Assembly (NCBI GenBank): GCA_965243315.1
Contig: CBDEUP010000007.1
Span: 1,833,668-1,897,667 of the forward strand
Direction of reading: 5' to 3'
Source: Alphaproteobacteria bacterium
GTDB taxonomy: Bacteria; Pseudomonadota; Alphaproteobacteria; UBA828
Length of the DNA stretch: 64,000 nt
Every line of letters begins with the position of its first letter. The stretch's first letter is position 1. Both the position numbers and the translations under genes were made by a program. Shown piece after piece: positions 53,909 to 64,000 of the stretch. Under the pieces are notes generated by a model. The model did no database searches. It was not told where the DNA came from and saw only the letters and a program-made list of their open reading frames with translations.

Positions 53909-55144
53909 ATGAGCCAGACGGAGCGCGGCCACGCCCTTCGCACCGCCGAGTTCGTGCCCCTCGTCGGCCTGCTCATGTCGCTGGTCGCGCTGGCGATCGA
54001 CGCGATGCTGCCGGCGCTGCCCGCGATCGGCAGCGATTTTGGCGTCTCGCGTCCGAACGATGTTCAGTTAGTCATCATGTCCCTGTTTCTGGGGCTTGGG
54101 ATTGGCCAGCTGCTGTTCGGCCCTCTCTCCGACAGCATTGGGCGCAAACCCGCCGTCCATGCCGGCCTCGTCCTGTTCATGATCGGATGCCTCGTGAGCA
54201 TTTTCGCGCCCACGTTCGAGGTGATGATCGCGGGCCGCGTCCTGCAGGGCATCGGCGTGGCGGGGCCCCGCATCGTGACCATGGCCCTCGTGCGCGATCA
54301 GTACGAGGGACGGATGATGGCCCGGCTCATGTCGTTCGCGATGGCCGTGTTCATCATGGTCCCCACGATCGCCCCGGCGCTTGGGCAGGGCCTCCTGATC
54401 CTGGGAGGCTGGCGCGCGATCTTCGTCACGTTCCTCGTCATCTCCGCGATCGTCTTCGCATGGTTTGCGCTGCGCCAGCCGGAAACCCTGCCCACCGACC
54501 GGCGGCGGCCCTTCTCGCCGCGCGCCATCGGCCAGGCGGTAGGCGAAATACTGAGAATTCGACCCGCCATCGGATACACGATCGCCACGGGGTTCGTGTT
54601 CGCGCCGTTCGTCGCCTATCTCGGCTCGGCCCAGCAGGTCTTTCAGGACTCCTACGGGACCGGCGCTCTCTTTCCTCTCTATTTCGGCGTGCTCGCGCTC
54701 TCGTTCGGGGCCGGCTCGATCGTGAACGGTCGCCTCGTGATGAAGTACGGCATGCGGCGACTCTCCAAGCTCGCCGCGGCCGCCATCGCGTTGATATCGC
54801 TTGTCGCGTGCCCGGTCGCCTTCGCCTTTGATGGGCTTCCGCCGTTCTGGCTCCTCATGTGCTATCTCCTCAGCGTCTTCGTGAGCGTCAGCCTGCTGTT
54901 CGGGAACCTGAACGCGCTGGCCATGGAGCCTCTTGGCCACATCGCGGGTATAGGAGCGGCTGTCATCGCTTCGCTTGCCACATTCATCTCGGTGCCGCTG
55001 GGGGGCCTGGTCGGCCAGGGCTTCGACGGAACCATGTACACCTTGATCGGCGCCTTCGCCGTCTCGGGGCTGGCCACTCTTGCTGCGATGCGGTGGGCGG
55101 AGGGCGGCGCAAAGTCCGCGCGGCCGATGTCCGATCGCGGCTGA
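53909..55144 (+). CDS. MFS transporter, Bcr/CflA drug-resistance family
   Basis: 411 aa; 12 predicted TM helices; signature LSDSIGRKPAV and GIGVAGPRIVTMALVRDQYEG. Confidence 0.85.
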   Translation: MSQTERGHALRTAEFVPLVGLLMSLVALAIDAMLPALPAIGSDFGVSRPNDVQLVIMSLFLGLGIGQLLFGPLSDSIGRKPAVHAGLVLFMIGCLVSIFAPTFEVMIAGRVLQGIGVAGPRIVTMALVRDQYEGRMMARLMSFAMAVFIMVPTIAPALGQGLLILGGWRAIFVTFLVISAIVFAWFALRQPETLPTDRRRPFSPRAIGQAVGEILRIRPAIGYTIATGFVFAPFVAYLGSAQQVFQDSYGTGALFPLYFGVLALSFGAGSIVNGRLVMKYGMRRLSKLAAAAIALISLVACPVAFAFDGLPPFWLLMCYLLSVFVSVSLLFGNLNALAMEPLGHIAGIGAAVIASLATFISVPLGGLVGQGFDGTMYTLIGAFAVSGLATLAAMRWAEGGAKSARPMSDRG

Positions 55145-55269
55145 TCGCGGCGGGGATATGAGGTTGAGCGCGGAAAGGTTAAGGCTAATGATGAGGCGCA
55201 GGTGAGGGCCGCCGCGCTGCGTTGATACCGACGGCATGCGCACGAGGGACATGAAGGGGAGAACCACCG

Positions 55270-56028
55270 ATGAAGATCAAGGTGATCAATCCCAACACCA
55301 CGCTGGAGATGACCGAGGGGATCGGCGAGGCGGCGCGCTCGGTGGCCGCTGCTGGCACGGAGATCGTGGCGGTGAGCCCCGAGTTCGGGCCGGAGTCGAT
55401 CGAGAGCTATTACGACGAGCAGGTCGCGGCCTGCGGAGTCCTCGACGAGGTGCGCAAGGGCGAGGGAGAAGGGATCGACGCCTATGTCATCGCCTGCTAC
55501 GGCGATCCCGGCCTTCACGCCGCGCGCGAGGCGACCGAGAAGCCGGTGATCGGCATCGCCGAGGCGTCGTTCTACACCGCCTCGATGGTTGCGGCGCGGT
55601 TTTCCATCGTCTCGGTCATTCCCCGCGTGCGCACCCTGCTCGAAGAGATGGTGCAGGGCTACGGCATGGCGGAGCGCATCGTCGCCATCCGCACGCTGCC
55701 GCTCTACGTGCTGGACATCGAGCGCGACCCGGAAGGGTCGATGGGGAAGCTCCGGGACGAGGTGCGCCGCTCGGTGGCCGAGGATGACGCCGAGGCGGTC
55801 TGCTTGGGCTGCGCCGGCTTCGCGCGCTTCGCCGCCGAGCTTGAGGCCGAACTCGGCGTGCCGGTGCTCGACGGCGTGGTCTGCGCCACCAAGCAAGCGG
55901 AGCTGCTGGTGAGCCTCGGGCTCAAGACCAGCAAGCGCAAGACCTACCGCCCGCCGGAGCGAAAGCGTTTCACCGGCATGTTCAAGCACTTCGGCACGGC
56001 CGACGACATCGCCGAAGCCGCGGAGTAG
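55270..56028 (+). CDS. Asp/Glu/hydantoin racemase family protein (HyuE-like)
   Basis: 252 aa; MKIKVINPNTT...YVIACYGDPGL...VCLGCAGFA pattern of the Asp/Glu/hydantoin racemase fold; sits in the hyuAB cluster. Confidence 0.8.
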   Translation: MKIKVINPNTTLEMTEGIGEAARSVAAAGTEIVAVSPEFGPESIESYYDEQVAACGVLDEVRKGEGEGIDAYVIACYGDPGLHAAREATEKPVIGIAEASFYTASMVAARFSIVSVIPRVRTLLEEMVQGYGMAERIVAIRTLPLYVLDIERDPEGSMGKLRDEVRRSVAEDDAEAVCLGCAGFARFAAELEAELGVPVLDGVVCATKQAELLVSLGLKTSKRKTYRPPERKRFTGMFKHFGTADDIAEAAE

Positions 56029-56212
56029 GGCAGGGGGCCCCTGCCCGCTGCAGCGCCCGAGTTTAGACGACACCCCTCGTCACCCGCGCCCCAAGAGCGG
56101 CGCCATTCGTTGCCCGTCCGCTGGGCACGGCGCATTTCCGGCTTGACTGCGCCGCCAGGTAAGATATTTTCATGATATTATCTAGTAAATATCTATATGT
56201 TGGAGATGGAGG

Positions 56213-56875
56213 ATGAATGGGATGCAAATTGGGGACCTGCAATTCGATATCGAGCAAAGCCTCGCCAACCTGAAGACGTCAGCCCTTCCGCCGGCATTGG
56301 AGGGGCTGAGGCATCTGCCGCTCGGCGGCCATGAGCCTCGCGTGAGCATTCGCGGCCGGGACGGAGGCAGGAAGGTTCGCAGGGACGCTGACGCCAGCTA
56401 TTTCGACCCGGAAATTTGCGAGGTGGTGATCCAGTTCGTTCCTTCCGATCACCCGTACGACGAGTTCGACCCACACCGACAAGACGCCTCCGAGGCCAAG
56501 GGCGACAGTGCTAGCGAGTTCGACCGTGAGACGGCCATGGACCAGCTCCTCGATGCGCTTTCGGAGGCCGAGCGCCCGCGGGAGTTCGTGGGCTTGAAAT
56601 GGTTTCGCGATCAGTACCTTTCCTCGCGGGGCTACGATTGGGCGCGCGATCCGAGAACCAGTGGCACTCTTCTGCATCGTGCGACTGAGCAGCGTCTGAT
56701 CCTGACCAGCCAGGTTCCCAACCCGAACAACCCGCTGCACCCGGTCACCGCGATACGGGTCAATCGGCGCCATCCGCGGTTCAACATGGAGTCACCGCCT
56801 CGCCATGCAGGATTCCAACGGGTGCGCATACGGGGAGGCGCGATCGCAGACACCGTCATCAGTGACAGACGCTGA
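56213..56875 (+). CDS. hypothetical protein immediately upstream of vapC (atypical candidate antitoxin/partner)
   Basis: 220 aa; AT-rich promoter-like DNA upstream (56140-56215); ends 9 nt before the vapC ATG; no recognisable AbrB/RHH/Phd antitoxin fold. Confidence 0.4.
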   Translation: MNGMQIGDLQFDIEQSLANLKTSALPPALEGLRHLPLGGHEPRVSIRGRDGGRKVRRDADASYFDPEICEVVIQFVPSDHPYDEFDPHRQDASEAKGDSASEFDRETAMDQLLDALSEAERPREFVGLKWFRDQYLSSRGYDWARDPRTSGTLLHRATEQRLILTSQVPNPNNPLHPVTAIRVNRRHPRFNMESPPRHAGFQRVRIRGGAIADTVISDRR

Positions 56876-56884
56876 AGCAGTCGA

Positions 56885-57334
56885 ATGGCGAGCGTCTACT
56901 TGGACACGAGCGCGGTGCTCAAGCTCTACATCGAGGAAGACGGGGCGGATCGGGTCACGCACATCGTGGAGGACGCCGAACATGGCCAAGTGTTCATTCT
57001 GGACCTCACCAAGGTCGAAGCCCGCTCGGCGATCCGCCGGCGCGAGCGCGGGGGCGACATCACTGGTCCGGATGCAGAGCGGATTTTGAGGCAAATCGAG
57101 GACGACACCTCGGCACTCTTTCTGGTGCAGCCCTCGACTTCGGCAGTGTTGGAGGAGGCTGCACGCTTGATCGACCGGCATCCGCTCCGCGCCTACGACG
57201 CGCTTCAACTTGCGGGCTGCATCGTCGTGCGAGAGGGCATGCCGGAGCCGGTGACATTTGTCTGTGCAGACGCGCGTCTCTGCGAATCCGCGGCCAACGA
57301 GGGGCTGACGACGTTGAACCCGGTTGCGCCATAG
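56885..57334 (+). CDS. vapC: PIN-domain ribonuclease toxin
   Basis: 149 aa; MASVYLDTSAVLKLYIEE (first acidic D), ...AYDALQLAGC... (conserved PIN Asp positions). Confidence 0.8.
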   Translation: MASVYLDTSAVLKLYIEEDGADRVTHIVEDAEHGQVFILDLTKVEARSAIRRRERGGDITGPDAERILRQIEDDTSALFLVQPSTSAVLEEAARLIDRHPLRAYDALQLAGCIVVREGMPEPVTFVCADARLCESAANEGLTTLNPVAP

Positions 57335-57495
57335 CTTCGGCGTGCCCTCCGGCGCTGCCCTCAGGCGCTCATTAGCCTCCTTTCGCGCTCCGGCACCGCT
57401 GCGGCAACTCGGAAAAACATTCTCCGACCCTTGACATAATCTGGAATAGTTCTTATTTGCATCACCAGACCAATTCCGGATCAGGAGCCAATGAA

Positions 57496-58032
57496 ATGCG
57501 TGTACCAGAGGTGACATTCAAGACCCGCGTCCGCGACGAGAGCGTCGAGGGGCCGAACCCGTTCCGTTGGCAGGACCGGACCAGCGCCGAGATCTTCGGC
57601 GGCCGGCGCGTGGTGCTGTTCGCGCTGCCGGGCGCGTTTACGCCAACCTGCAGCAGCACCCACTTGCCAGGCTACGAGGCGTTGCACGATCGCTTCAAGG
57701 CGGCCGGTATCGACGAGGTGATTTGTCTCGCAGTCAACGACGCCTTCGTCATGTACCAGTGGGGCAAGCACCAGGGGGTCGAAGACGTGACCCTGCTGCC
57801 GGACGGCTCCTGCACCTTCACGCGCCTCATGGGCATGCTGGTGGACAAGGACAACCTCGGCTTCGGCCTGCGCAGCTGGCGCTATTCCATGCTGGTCGAG
57901 GACGGCGAGATTACGAAGATGTTCGCGGAACCAGGGTTCTGCGACAACGCGTCAGACGATCCCTTCGAGGTCTCCGACGCGGAGACCATGCTCGCCCACA
58001 TCGAATCGCTCAAGCTGGCGCAGGCCGCCTGA
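57496..58032 (+). CDS. peroxiredoxin, Prx5-like (AhpC/TSA family)
   Basis: 178 aa from ATG 57496 (SD AGGAG 8 nt upstream); peroxidatic Cys motif [16 protein letters not shown]; [12 protein letters not shown]. Confidence 0.85.
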   Translation: MRVPEVTFKTRVRDESVEGPNPFRWQDRTSAEIFGGRRVVLFALPGAFTPTCSSTHLPGYEALHDRFKAAGIDEVICLAVNDAFVMYQWGKHQGVEDVTLLPDGSCTFTRLMGMLVDKDNLGFGLRSWRYSMLVEDGEITKMFAEPGFCDNASDDPFEVSDAETMLAHIESLKLAQAA

Positions 58033-58044
58033 GCGTTGGTTGCG

Positions 58045-58075
58045 GCCCCTGCCTGCGCCCGGCCGGGGCAGGGGC
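58045..58075. terminator. GC-rich hairpin (9 bp stem GCCCCTGCC/GGCAGGGGC, 13 nt loop) between convergent prx and xerC
   Basis: Perfect inverted repeat 58045-58053 / 58067-58075; weak T-run (GTTAT) only, so possibly a bidirectional or rho-assisted terminator. Confidence 0.35.
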
Positions 58076-58076
58076 G

Positions 58077-59024
58077 TTATCCGGCCCGAGGGTGGGCTGC
58101 CGTGTAAGCGGCGAGGAGCCCGGCTTCGTCCACTTCGGTGTAGCGCTGTGTGGTGGAGAGGCTCGCGTGGCCGAGCAGCTCCTGAATCGTGCGCAGGTCG
58201 CCGCCGCCCGCGAGCAGATGGGTGGCGAAGCTGTGGCGGAGCGCGTGGGGCGTCGCAGACGCCGGCAGGCCGAGTGCGCCGCGCAGCCGCGCCATGGTCT
58301 GCTGCACCAGACGAGGCTGAAGCCGCTTGCCGCGCACGCCGACAAAGAGCGGATCGCCCGGCCCGAGCGTGTGCGGGCAGGCCGCGAGGTAGTCCGCGAT
58401 CGCCTCGGCGACGACGGGCAGAACCGGCACCACCCGCTGCTTGCCGCCCTTGCCCGTGATCATCAGGCTGCGGAGCGCGCCACCCTCGGCCGGTGTGTCG
58501 GCACGGTCGAGCCCCAGCGCTTCGCCGATGCGAAGCCCGCAGCCGTAGAGCAGCAGCAGCACCGCAACATCCCGCCGGGCGGTCCAGTCGAGCGGCGCGC
58601 CGTTTCCCCCGTTCAGATCGACGACGGCCCTTGCCTGGCCCTCGGTGAGTGGCCGCGGCACGGCACGCGGCGTCTTCGGCGCGCGCACCAGAGAGAGCGC
58701 AGATGAGACGGGAACGCCCTCCCGCTCCAGGAAGCGGAAGAAGACCCGCACCGCCGAGAGCGCCCTTGCCGTAGAAGTCTTCGCGCGGCCTTCCGCCGCC
58801 CGGCGCGCGAGCCAAGCGCGCACGTCGCGCACGCTGAGCGTGCCCAGTGCCGCGAGGTCCGGCGCCGCCCCCCAATGCTCCGCCAGAAAGCCCAGGAAAT
58901 CGTCGAGGTCGCGCCGGTAGGCGGCGATGGTGTTGTCGGAGCGTCGCCGCTCGTCGGCGAGGCGGCTGAGCCAGGTCTCCACCGCCGTCGCCAGGTCGGC
59001 TGCGGCCGGTAGAGGGCTGCTCAT
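58077..59024 (-). CDS. xerC: tyrosine recombinase XerC/XerD family
   Basis: 315 aa; [17 protein letters not shown]-terminal domain; catalytic ...[39 protein letters not shown]. The ORF-track frame extends upstream to 59546 but [11 protein letters not shown] at 59024 is the likely start. Confidence 0.85.
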   Translation of the reverse strand: MSSPLPAAADLATAVETWLSRLADERRRSDNTIAAYRRDLDDFLGFLAEHWGAAPDLAALGTLSVRDVRAWLARRAAEGRAKTSTARALSAVRVFFRFLEREGVPVSSALSLVRAPKTPRAVPRPLTEGQARAVVDLNGGNGAPLDWTARRDVAVLLLLYGCGLRIGEALGLDRADTPAEGGALRSLMITGKGGKQRVVPVLPVVAEAIADYLAACPHTLGPGDPLFVGVRGKRLQPRLVQQTMARLRGALGLPASATPHALRHSFATHLLAGGGDLRTIQELLGHASLSTTQRYTEVDEAGLLAAYTAAHPRAG

Positions 59025-59683
59025 GACAGGATCGATTGCCCCGTCTTCTGCCAGTCGGCGAGGAAGGCGTCGAGGCCCTTGTCGGTGAGCGGGTGACTCG
59101 CGAGCTTGCGCAGCACTGCCGGCGGCACCGTCGCCACATCGGCGCCGAGCTTCGCGGCCTCGACGACGTGGAGCGGGTGGCGGATCGAGGCGACCAGGAT
59201 CTCGGTGTTGATGGTATCGGGATAGGCGCGGTAGATCGTCGCGATCTCGCGGATCAGGCCCATGCCGTCCTGGCTGATGTCGTCGAGGCGGCCCACGAAG
59301 GGCGAGATGAAGGCGGCGCCGGCCTTCGCAGCCAGCAATGCCTGAGAAGGCGAGAAACAGAGCGTGACGTTGACCTTGGTACCGCCCTGGCTGAGCGCCC
59401 GGCAGGCCTTGAGGCCGTCCCAAGTAAGCGGCACCTTGACCGCGACGTTGGGCGCGATGGCGGCGAGCGTGCGGCCTTCGGAGAGCATGGTCTCGGCGTC
59501 GGTGGCGGTGACCTCGGCGCTGACCGGCCCTGGCACGATGCCGCAAATGTTCCGGATCACCTCGAAGAAGTCGCCGCCGGACTTGGCGATGAGCGAGGGA
59601 TTGGTGGTCACGCCGTCGAGCAGGCCGGTCGCGGCGAGGTCCTCGATCTCGGCGATGTCTGCCGTATCCACGAAAAACTTCAT
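59021..59683 (-). CDS. tal: transaldolase / fructose-6-phosphate aldolase (short Tal/FSA family)
   Basis: 220 aa [36 protein letters not shown] ... [12 protein letters not shown]...[10 protein letters not shown]; overlaps the xerC start by 4 nt. Confidence 0.85.
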   Translation of the reverse strand: MKFFVDTADIAEIEDLAATGLLDGVTTNPSLIAKSGGDFFEVIRNICGIVPGPVSAEVTATDAETMLSEGRTLAAIAPNVAVKVPLTWDGLKACRALSQGGTKVNVTLCFSPSQALLAAKAGAAFISPFVGRLDDISQDGMGLIREIATIYRAYPDTINTEILVASIRHPLHVVEAAKLGADVATVPPAVLRKLASHPLTDKGLDAFLADWQKTGQSILS

Positions 59684-59838
59684 GCCGCCGCTCCGTGCGA
59701 GGGTCGCCAGCCGGCGCCGGCCTCTCGAGTCATCGGACTGGACGCCGTCGCACGAGTGATGCAGGACGAGTGCATGAGCGCAGCATCCGCGACTCGAATC
59801 GGCTTCGGGCCGGTGGCGAATTGGGCCGGCCTCATAGC

Positions 59839-62103
59839 ATGTCCGATGCGCCGTTGCCATCGCGCCGCAGCCGGCAGGGCGAAGTGAGCGGATCGGCCGA
59901 CGGCGGAGGAGGGGGCCAGGAAGGCGCACCCCAGCCTGTCGCCGTCCTCATGCCGCTGCCGTTGGAGCGCGCCTACGACTACGTCGTGCCCAGCGATTTC
60001 GAGGCCGCCATCGCGCCTGGCGCCTTCGTGCGGGTGCCGCTTGGCAGGGTGGAGCGTGTCGGTGTGGTCTGGGGCAGCGGCGAGGGCGATGTCGAGCCGG
60101 CCCGCCTCAAGCCGGTGACGGCGGTGCTGGAGACGCCGCCGATGATCGAACCGCTCCGTCAACTGGTCGACTGGACCGCCGAATACACGCTGACCAACCG
60201 GGGGTCCGTTCTGCGCATGGCGATGAGCGTTCCCGGTGCGTTTGAGCCGCCGGCGGTCCGCACCGCTTACCGGCCGGGGCAAGGCGAGGCGCCGCGCATG
60301 ACCGCGGCGCGGGAGCGCGTAATCGCGCTGCTGCAGAAAGGACCGCCGCGCACCGCCACCGAGATCGCACGCGACGCTGGTGTGAGTGCCGGCGTGGTGC
60401 GCGGCCTGGCCACACTCGGTGCGATCGAGGCGGTCACTATGCGGGAGGTCGCGACCTTCGGCCGCCCCGACACGTCCCGGGTGGGTCCCGTCCTGTCCCA
60501 CGCGCAGAGAGAGGCCGCCGAGGCGTTGCAACAGACGCTTGCGGCCCAGGCGTTCTCGGTCACCGTCCTCGACGGCGTGACCGGCTCCGGCAAGACCGAG
60601 GTCTATTTCGAGGCCATCGCTGCCGCGCTGGACCGAGGCCATCAGGTGCTGGTGATGTTGCCCGAGATCGCGCTGAGCGCCCAATGGCTCGCGCGCTTTC
60701 GTGCGCGCTTCGGTGTGGACCCTGCGGTCTGGCATTCCGAGCTCGGCACGCGGCAGCGGCGCGAGACCTGGCGCGCCGTTGCCGAGGGCCGGGCGCAGGT
60801 GGTGGTCGGCGCGCGCTCGGCGCTCTGGCTGCCCTTCCCCTCGCTCGGGCTCATCGTGGTCGACGAGGAGCACGACGCTGCGTTCAAGCAGGAGGACGGT
60901 GTCGTCTATCACGCCCGCGACATGGCAGTGGTGCGCGCGCGCTTCGAGGACTGCCCGATCGTCCTGGTTTCGGCCACGCCGTCACTGGAGACGATTGTCA
61001 ACGTCGAGAACGGCCGCTACGGGCGCGAGCGGCTGCCGGACCGCCACGGCGGCGCGCGGCTGCCGGCGATCGAGACCGTCGACCTGCGTGAGACACCTCC
61101 GGAGCGCGGCACCTGGCTCGCACCGGCCCTGCGCGCGGCCCTCGCGGAAACCCTGGAAGCCGGCGAGCAGGCGCTGCTATTCCTCAACCGGCGGGGCTAC
61201 GCGCCGCTCACGCTCTGCCGCGCTTGCGGCCACCGATTCCACTGCCCGAATTGCAGCGCTTGGCTGGTGGAGCATCGCTTCGCCGGCACCCTCGACTGCC
61301 ACCATTGCGGCTTCCGGCAGACGCAGCCCGAGGCCTGCCCCGCTTGTGAGGCGGAGGGGAGCTTCACGGCCTGTGGGCCGGGCGTGGAGCGCCTCGCCGA
61401 GGAGGTCGACGAGGCCTTCCCCGGCGCCCGCTGGGCCGTGCTGACCAGCGATACGGTGCGCGGCCCCAGTCAGGTGCGAGACCTGGTCGATGCCATCGTG
61501 AAACACGAGATTGACGTGCTGATCGGCACGCAGATGGTGGCCAAGGGGCACCACTTCCCGCAGCTGACCCTGGTGGGCGTGGTCGACGCCGACCTGGGAC
61601 TCGCGGGCGGCGATATGCGCGCTGCCGAGCGCACCTACCAGCTGCTCCATCAGGTGGGCGGGCGCGCCGGGCGCGGCGGGCGTCCCGGCCGGGTGGTGCT
61701 CCAGACCTACGCCGCCGAGCACCCGGTCATCGAGGCGCTCGCCGCCGGCGATCGCGACTCCTTCATGGAGAACGAGGCGGCGGCCCGACAGGCACACGAC
61801 CTGCCGCCCTTCGGCCGTCTCGTGGCGGTGATCGCCACCGGCCCCAGCGAGTCCGGCACGCTACGCGCCGCGTCGGACCTCGCACGCACCGCCCGCGCCG
61901 AAGAGAAGGCGCTCGGCATCCAAGTGCTGGGTCCGGCGCCAGCACCGCTCAGGCTCCTGCGCGGCCGCTATCGCTTTCGCCTGCTCTTCAAGGCCCCGCG
62001 CGGCGTGCTGCTCCAGCCTCACATGAGGCGCTGGCTGGCGGCGCTTGACCGGCGCGCCCGTGCGCGCCTCCAGGTGGACATCGACCCCCACAGCTTCATG
62101 TGA
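59839..62103 (+). CDS. priA: primosomal protein N' (replication restart helicase PriA)
   Basis: ~754 aa from [10 protein letters not shown]; Walker [14 protein letters not shown]; DEEHD; Cys-rich zinc-binding region [21 protein letters not shown]...CHHCG...CPAC. The ORF-track frame begins earlier at 59695. Confidence 0.9.
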   Translation: MSDAPLPSRRSRQGEVSGSADGGGGGQEGAPQPVAVLMPLPLERAYDYVVPSDFEAAIAPGAFVRVPLGRVERVGVVWGSGEGDVEPARLKPVTAVLETPPMIEPLRQLVDWTAEYTLTNRGSVLRMAMSVPGAFEPPAVRTAYRPGQGEAPRMTAARERVIALLQKGPPRTATEIARDAGVSAGVVRGLATLGAIEAVTMREVATFGRPDTSRVGPVLSHAQREAAEALQQTLAAQAFSVTVLDGVTGSGKTEVYFEAIAAALDRGHQVLVMLPEIALSAQWLARFRARFGVDPAVWHSELGTRQRRETWRAVAEGRAQVVVGARSALWLPFPSLGLIVVDEEHDAAFKQEDGVVYHARDMAVVRARFEDCPIVLVSATPSLETIVNVENGRYGRERLPDRHGGARLPAIETVDLRETPPERGTWLAPALRAALAETLEAGEQALLFLNRRGYAPLTLCRACGHRFHCPNCSAWLVEHRFAGTLDCHHCGFRQTQPEACPACEAEGSFTACGPGVERLAEEVDEAFPGARWAVLTSDTVRGPSQVRDLVDAIVKHEIDVLIGTQMVAKGHHFPQLTLVGVVDADLGLAGGDMRAAERTYQLLHQVGGRAGRGGRPGRVVLQTYAAEHPVIEALAAGDRDSFMENEAAARQAHDLPPFGRLVAVIATGPSESGTLRAASDLARTARAEEKALGIQVLGPAPAPLRLLRGRYRFRLLFKAPRGVLLQPHMRRWLAALDRRARARLQVDIDPHSFM

Positions 62104-62126
62104 CGCCCCTCAGGGTGTGCTTACCG

Positions 62127-62435
62127 TCATGCAGCCTCCAGGGGCGTGATGTCCGTCACATCGACGGTTTCCCTGGCGCGGGCGAGGTCATGGGCCCGCT
62201 GCAGGTTCATCCAGAACTCCGGCGTGTTGCCGAAGAACCGGGCGAGCCGCATCCCGGTGTCCACCGTGAGCGAGGTTTCGCCCTTGACCAGCCGCTCGAT
62301 CCGCGTGCGCGGCACGTTCAGGCGTTTCGCAAGCGCGATCGCGCTCATGCCGAGGGGCTTGAGATACAGCTCCGCGAGCACCTCGCCAGGGTGGGAGGGA
62401 TTTTTCATCGGCGTCGTCATCAGTCGTCCACCCAC
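62127..62435 (-). CDS. higA: HigA-family antitoxin (XRE-type HTH addiction-module antidote)
   Basis: PGEVLAELYLKPLGMSAIALAKRLNVPRTRIERLVKGETSLTVDTGMRLARFFGNTPEFWMNLQRAHDL is the canonical HigA HTH; likely start MTTPMKNP near 62420. Confidence 0.8.
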   Translation of the reverse strand: MGGRLMTTPMKNPSHPGEVLAELYLKPLGMSAIALAKRLNVPRTRIERLVKGETSLTVDTGMRLARFFGNTPEFWMNLQRAHDLARARETVDVTDITPLEAA

Positions 62436-62595
62436 TCCTTGCGCCCTTGATAGCGGTGGCGATCAATCATTCCATGATACATGACACCGGGGTGCGCGCG
62501 CTGAGAGCCGCCTATCGTGACACCCGCCGGGGCGTTTGCTAGGTTCTTGCAGGCTCGACCGCCGTTGCGATCGATGGGAACGCAGGGGGGACGCC

Positions 62596-63426
62596 ATGAT
62601 CATCCAGACCCAGGCAGAAGAGCGGCCTGACGGTGCTCGCTTCGCCATCACCCTCGACGAGCATCTCCAGCTCGTGAGCCAGTTCGCCGAGAATTACGGG
62701 AACGACAGCTTCGCTCAGCCCGAGCCGCGCGACTACTTCCTCTATGCCTGCCGCTGGCACGACAAGGGCTGGAAGGACCTCGACGACAACCCGCCACTCG
62801 ATCCCGAGACCGGGCTGCCCTACAACCTAGTGGAGACTCCGATCCCCATCATCACGCTGACCGGCTGCCGCTCGCCCGAGTACAACGAGGCGCACCACGC
62901 TTATTGCGGGCTGCTGGACAGCATGCACATCTGGGGCCTCTACAACGGTCGCTACGGCATGTCAGACAAGGTGCTGATTGATATCGTGCCGGAGCAGCAC
63001 AAGCTCGCCGCCCAGACCATGCTGGACACCGAGCGCCAGCGCCAGGAGCGGCTCACTGCTGTGCTGCAGGACGATCCCGAGACCGCGCCCTGGGTCGAGC
63101 ACGAGCGTCTCTTCGCCAACTACAAGGCGCTACAGTTCTTCGACACCTTCGCGCTCTACTTCAACTGCGTGCATCCGGAGGGGCGCGGCGAGAGCACCTT
63201 CGCCAATGTGCCGCGCGGTGTCGGCGACGATGTTGATGTCGAGGTCCGGGCGCTCGGCGACGGGGTCTACAGCCTCGATCCCTATCCCTTCCTCGACGAC
63301 AGTCTGGAAGTCTCGTTCACCGGCCGCCATCTCACGCCGTTCGGCTCCGAAGATGCGCCCGACATGGCGGCGGTGATGCGGGAGACCCCGCGCGAGCGCC
63401 AGAGCGCCCGGTTGATCGCGGCCTGA
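62596..63426 (+). CDS. conserved hypothetical protein
   Basis: 276 aa MIIQTQAEERPDGARFAITLDEHLQLVSQFAENYGNDSF...; non-biased composition, plausible SD; no family assigned. Confidence 0.5.
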   Translation: MIIQTQAEERPDGARFAITLDEHLQLVSQFAENYGNDSFAQPEPRDYFLYACRWHDKGWKDLDDNPPLDPETGLPYNLVETPIPIITLTGCRSPEYNEAHHAYCGLLDSMHIWGLYNGRYGMSDKVLIDIVPEQHKLAAQTMLDTERQRQERLTAVLQDDPETAPWVEHERLFANYKALQFFDTFALYFNCVHPEGRGESTFANVPRGVGDDVDVEVRALGDGVYSLDPYPFLDDSLEVSFTGRHLTPFGSEDAPDMAAVMRETPRERQSARLIAA

Positions 63427-63458
63427 GCGCCGCGTCGTCAGTACCGAGACCTCCAATC

Positions 63459-63968
63459 GTGCCTACCGCCGCGCGCCCGAGCCCTGTCGAAGTGCTTGGA
63501 CTGGACCATGTCGTGCTCCGAGTGGCGGATATCGAGGCCTCGCTGGAGTGGTACCGACGGGTGCTCGGCTGCTCTGTTGAACGGCGGATCGAGAGCTTCG
63601 GGCTCTACCAGTTGCGGGCGGGCACGAATCTGATCGATCTGGTTTCCGTCGCGAGCAAGGCCGGCAAGCCCGGCGGCGGCGCGCCGGGCAAGACGCGGCG
63701 CAACATGGAGCATTTCGCCCTCAGGCTCGCCGCCTTCGACGAGAATAAGCTCCGCCGCTATCTCAAGCGGCGCGGTGTGGAGGCGGGCGAGACGGCGCGG
63801 CGCTACGGCGCCGACGGCCACGGACCCTCGCTCTACCTCACCGACCCGGACGGCAACACCGTGGAGCTAAAGGGTCCGCCCGATGCGGACCAGAGCGAGA
63901 GGGTAGCCGACGCCGAGTATCCGGGGGCGGGGCGGCGGCCCTCGGCAAAGCGGAGCGCGCAAGCATGA
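63459..63968 (+). CDS. VOC-family (glyoxalase/bleomycin-resistance/dioxygenase fold) protein
   Basis: 169 aa; LGLDHVVLRVADIEASLEWYRRVLGCSV ... EHFALRL ... GPSLYLTDPDGNTVEL beta-alpha-beta-beta-beta modules. Confidence 0.75.
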   Translation: MPTAARPSPVEVLGLDHVVLRVADIEASLEWYRRVLGCSVERRIESFGLYQLRAGTNLIDLVSVASKAGKPGGGAPGKTRRNMEHFALRLAAFDENKLRRYLKRRGVEAGETARRYGADGHGPSLYLTDPDGNTVELKGPPDADQSERVADAEYPGAGRRPSAKRSAQA

Positions 63969-64000
63969 AGGCGGTCGTTATCCACCGTCACGGCGGGCCG

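Overview
This window is a high-GC (about 65-70%) alphaproteobacterial-type chromosomal segment. The core genes are a partial sensor histidine kinase (minus strand, runs off the left edge), mutS, a three-subunit molybdenum hydroxylase (FAD, 2Fe-2S and molybdopterin subunits in coxMSL-like order, stop/start overlaps), a hyuA-hyuB hydantoinase/oxoprolinase cluster with an MFS exporter and an Asp/Glu/hydantoin racemase, a vapC PIN toxin, a Prx5-type peroxiredoxin, xerC, transaldolase, priA, higA, and a VOC/glyoxalase. Between the molybdenum hydroxylase operon and hyuA (about 7.55-49.85 kb) lies a roughly 42 kb mosaic integrated mobilizable island. From left to right it carries: a P4-type tyrosine integrase bracketed by about 40 bp direct repeats; a MobF/TrwC relaxase-helicase (TraA) with no T4SS or coupling protein in the window; a class II Fic protein; an RHH protein next to about 1 kb of noncoding DNA with a 20 bp palindrome (candidate oriT); an MmeI-family type IIL restriction-modification gene split by a complete group II intron (IEP with RT and maturase, recognisable domain V, GUGCG...AU ends), with in-frame exon junctions; a low-GC orphan ORF; two overlapping tandem integrases; ICE-type leading-region genes (DUF2493, DUF4326 with an apparent frameshift, ssb); a six-fold zinc-ribbon repeat protein; a translationally coupled HTH-hypothetical-large serine recombinase cassette; a Tn402/Tn7-like transposon with 25-26 bp terminal inverted repeats carrying a tniA-tniB-like module plus an AAA_25 ATPase; and a 3.7-3.8k aa secreted protein of tandem Calx-beta domains ending in an autotransporter-like beta-barrel, preceded by a sigma70-like promoter and an (AGCCG)x~21 pentanucleotide tract (phase-variation candidate). 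Short remnants mark the island edges: a 19-codon hydantoinase N-terminus on the left and a DUF2285/DUF6499-like N-terminal fragment on the right. Coordinates I derived myself, rather than took from the ORF track, may be off by 1-2 nt.
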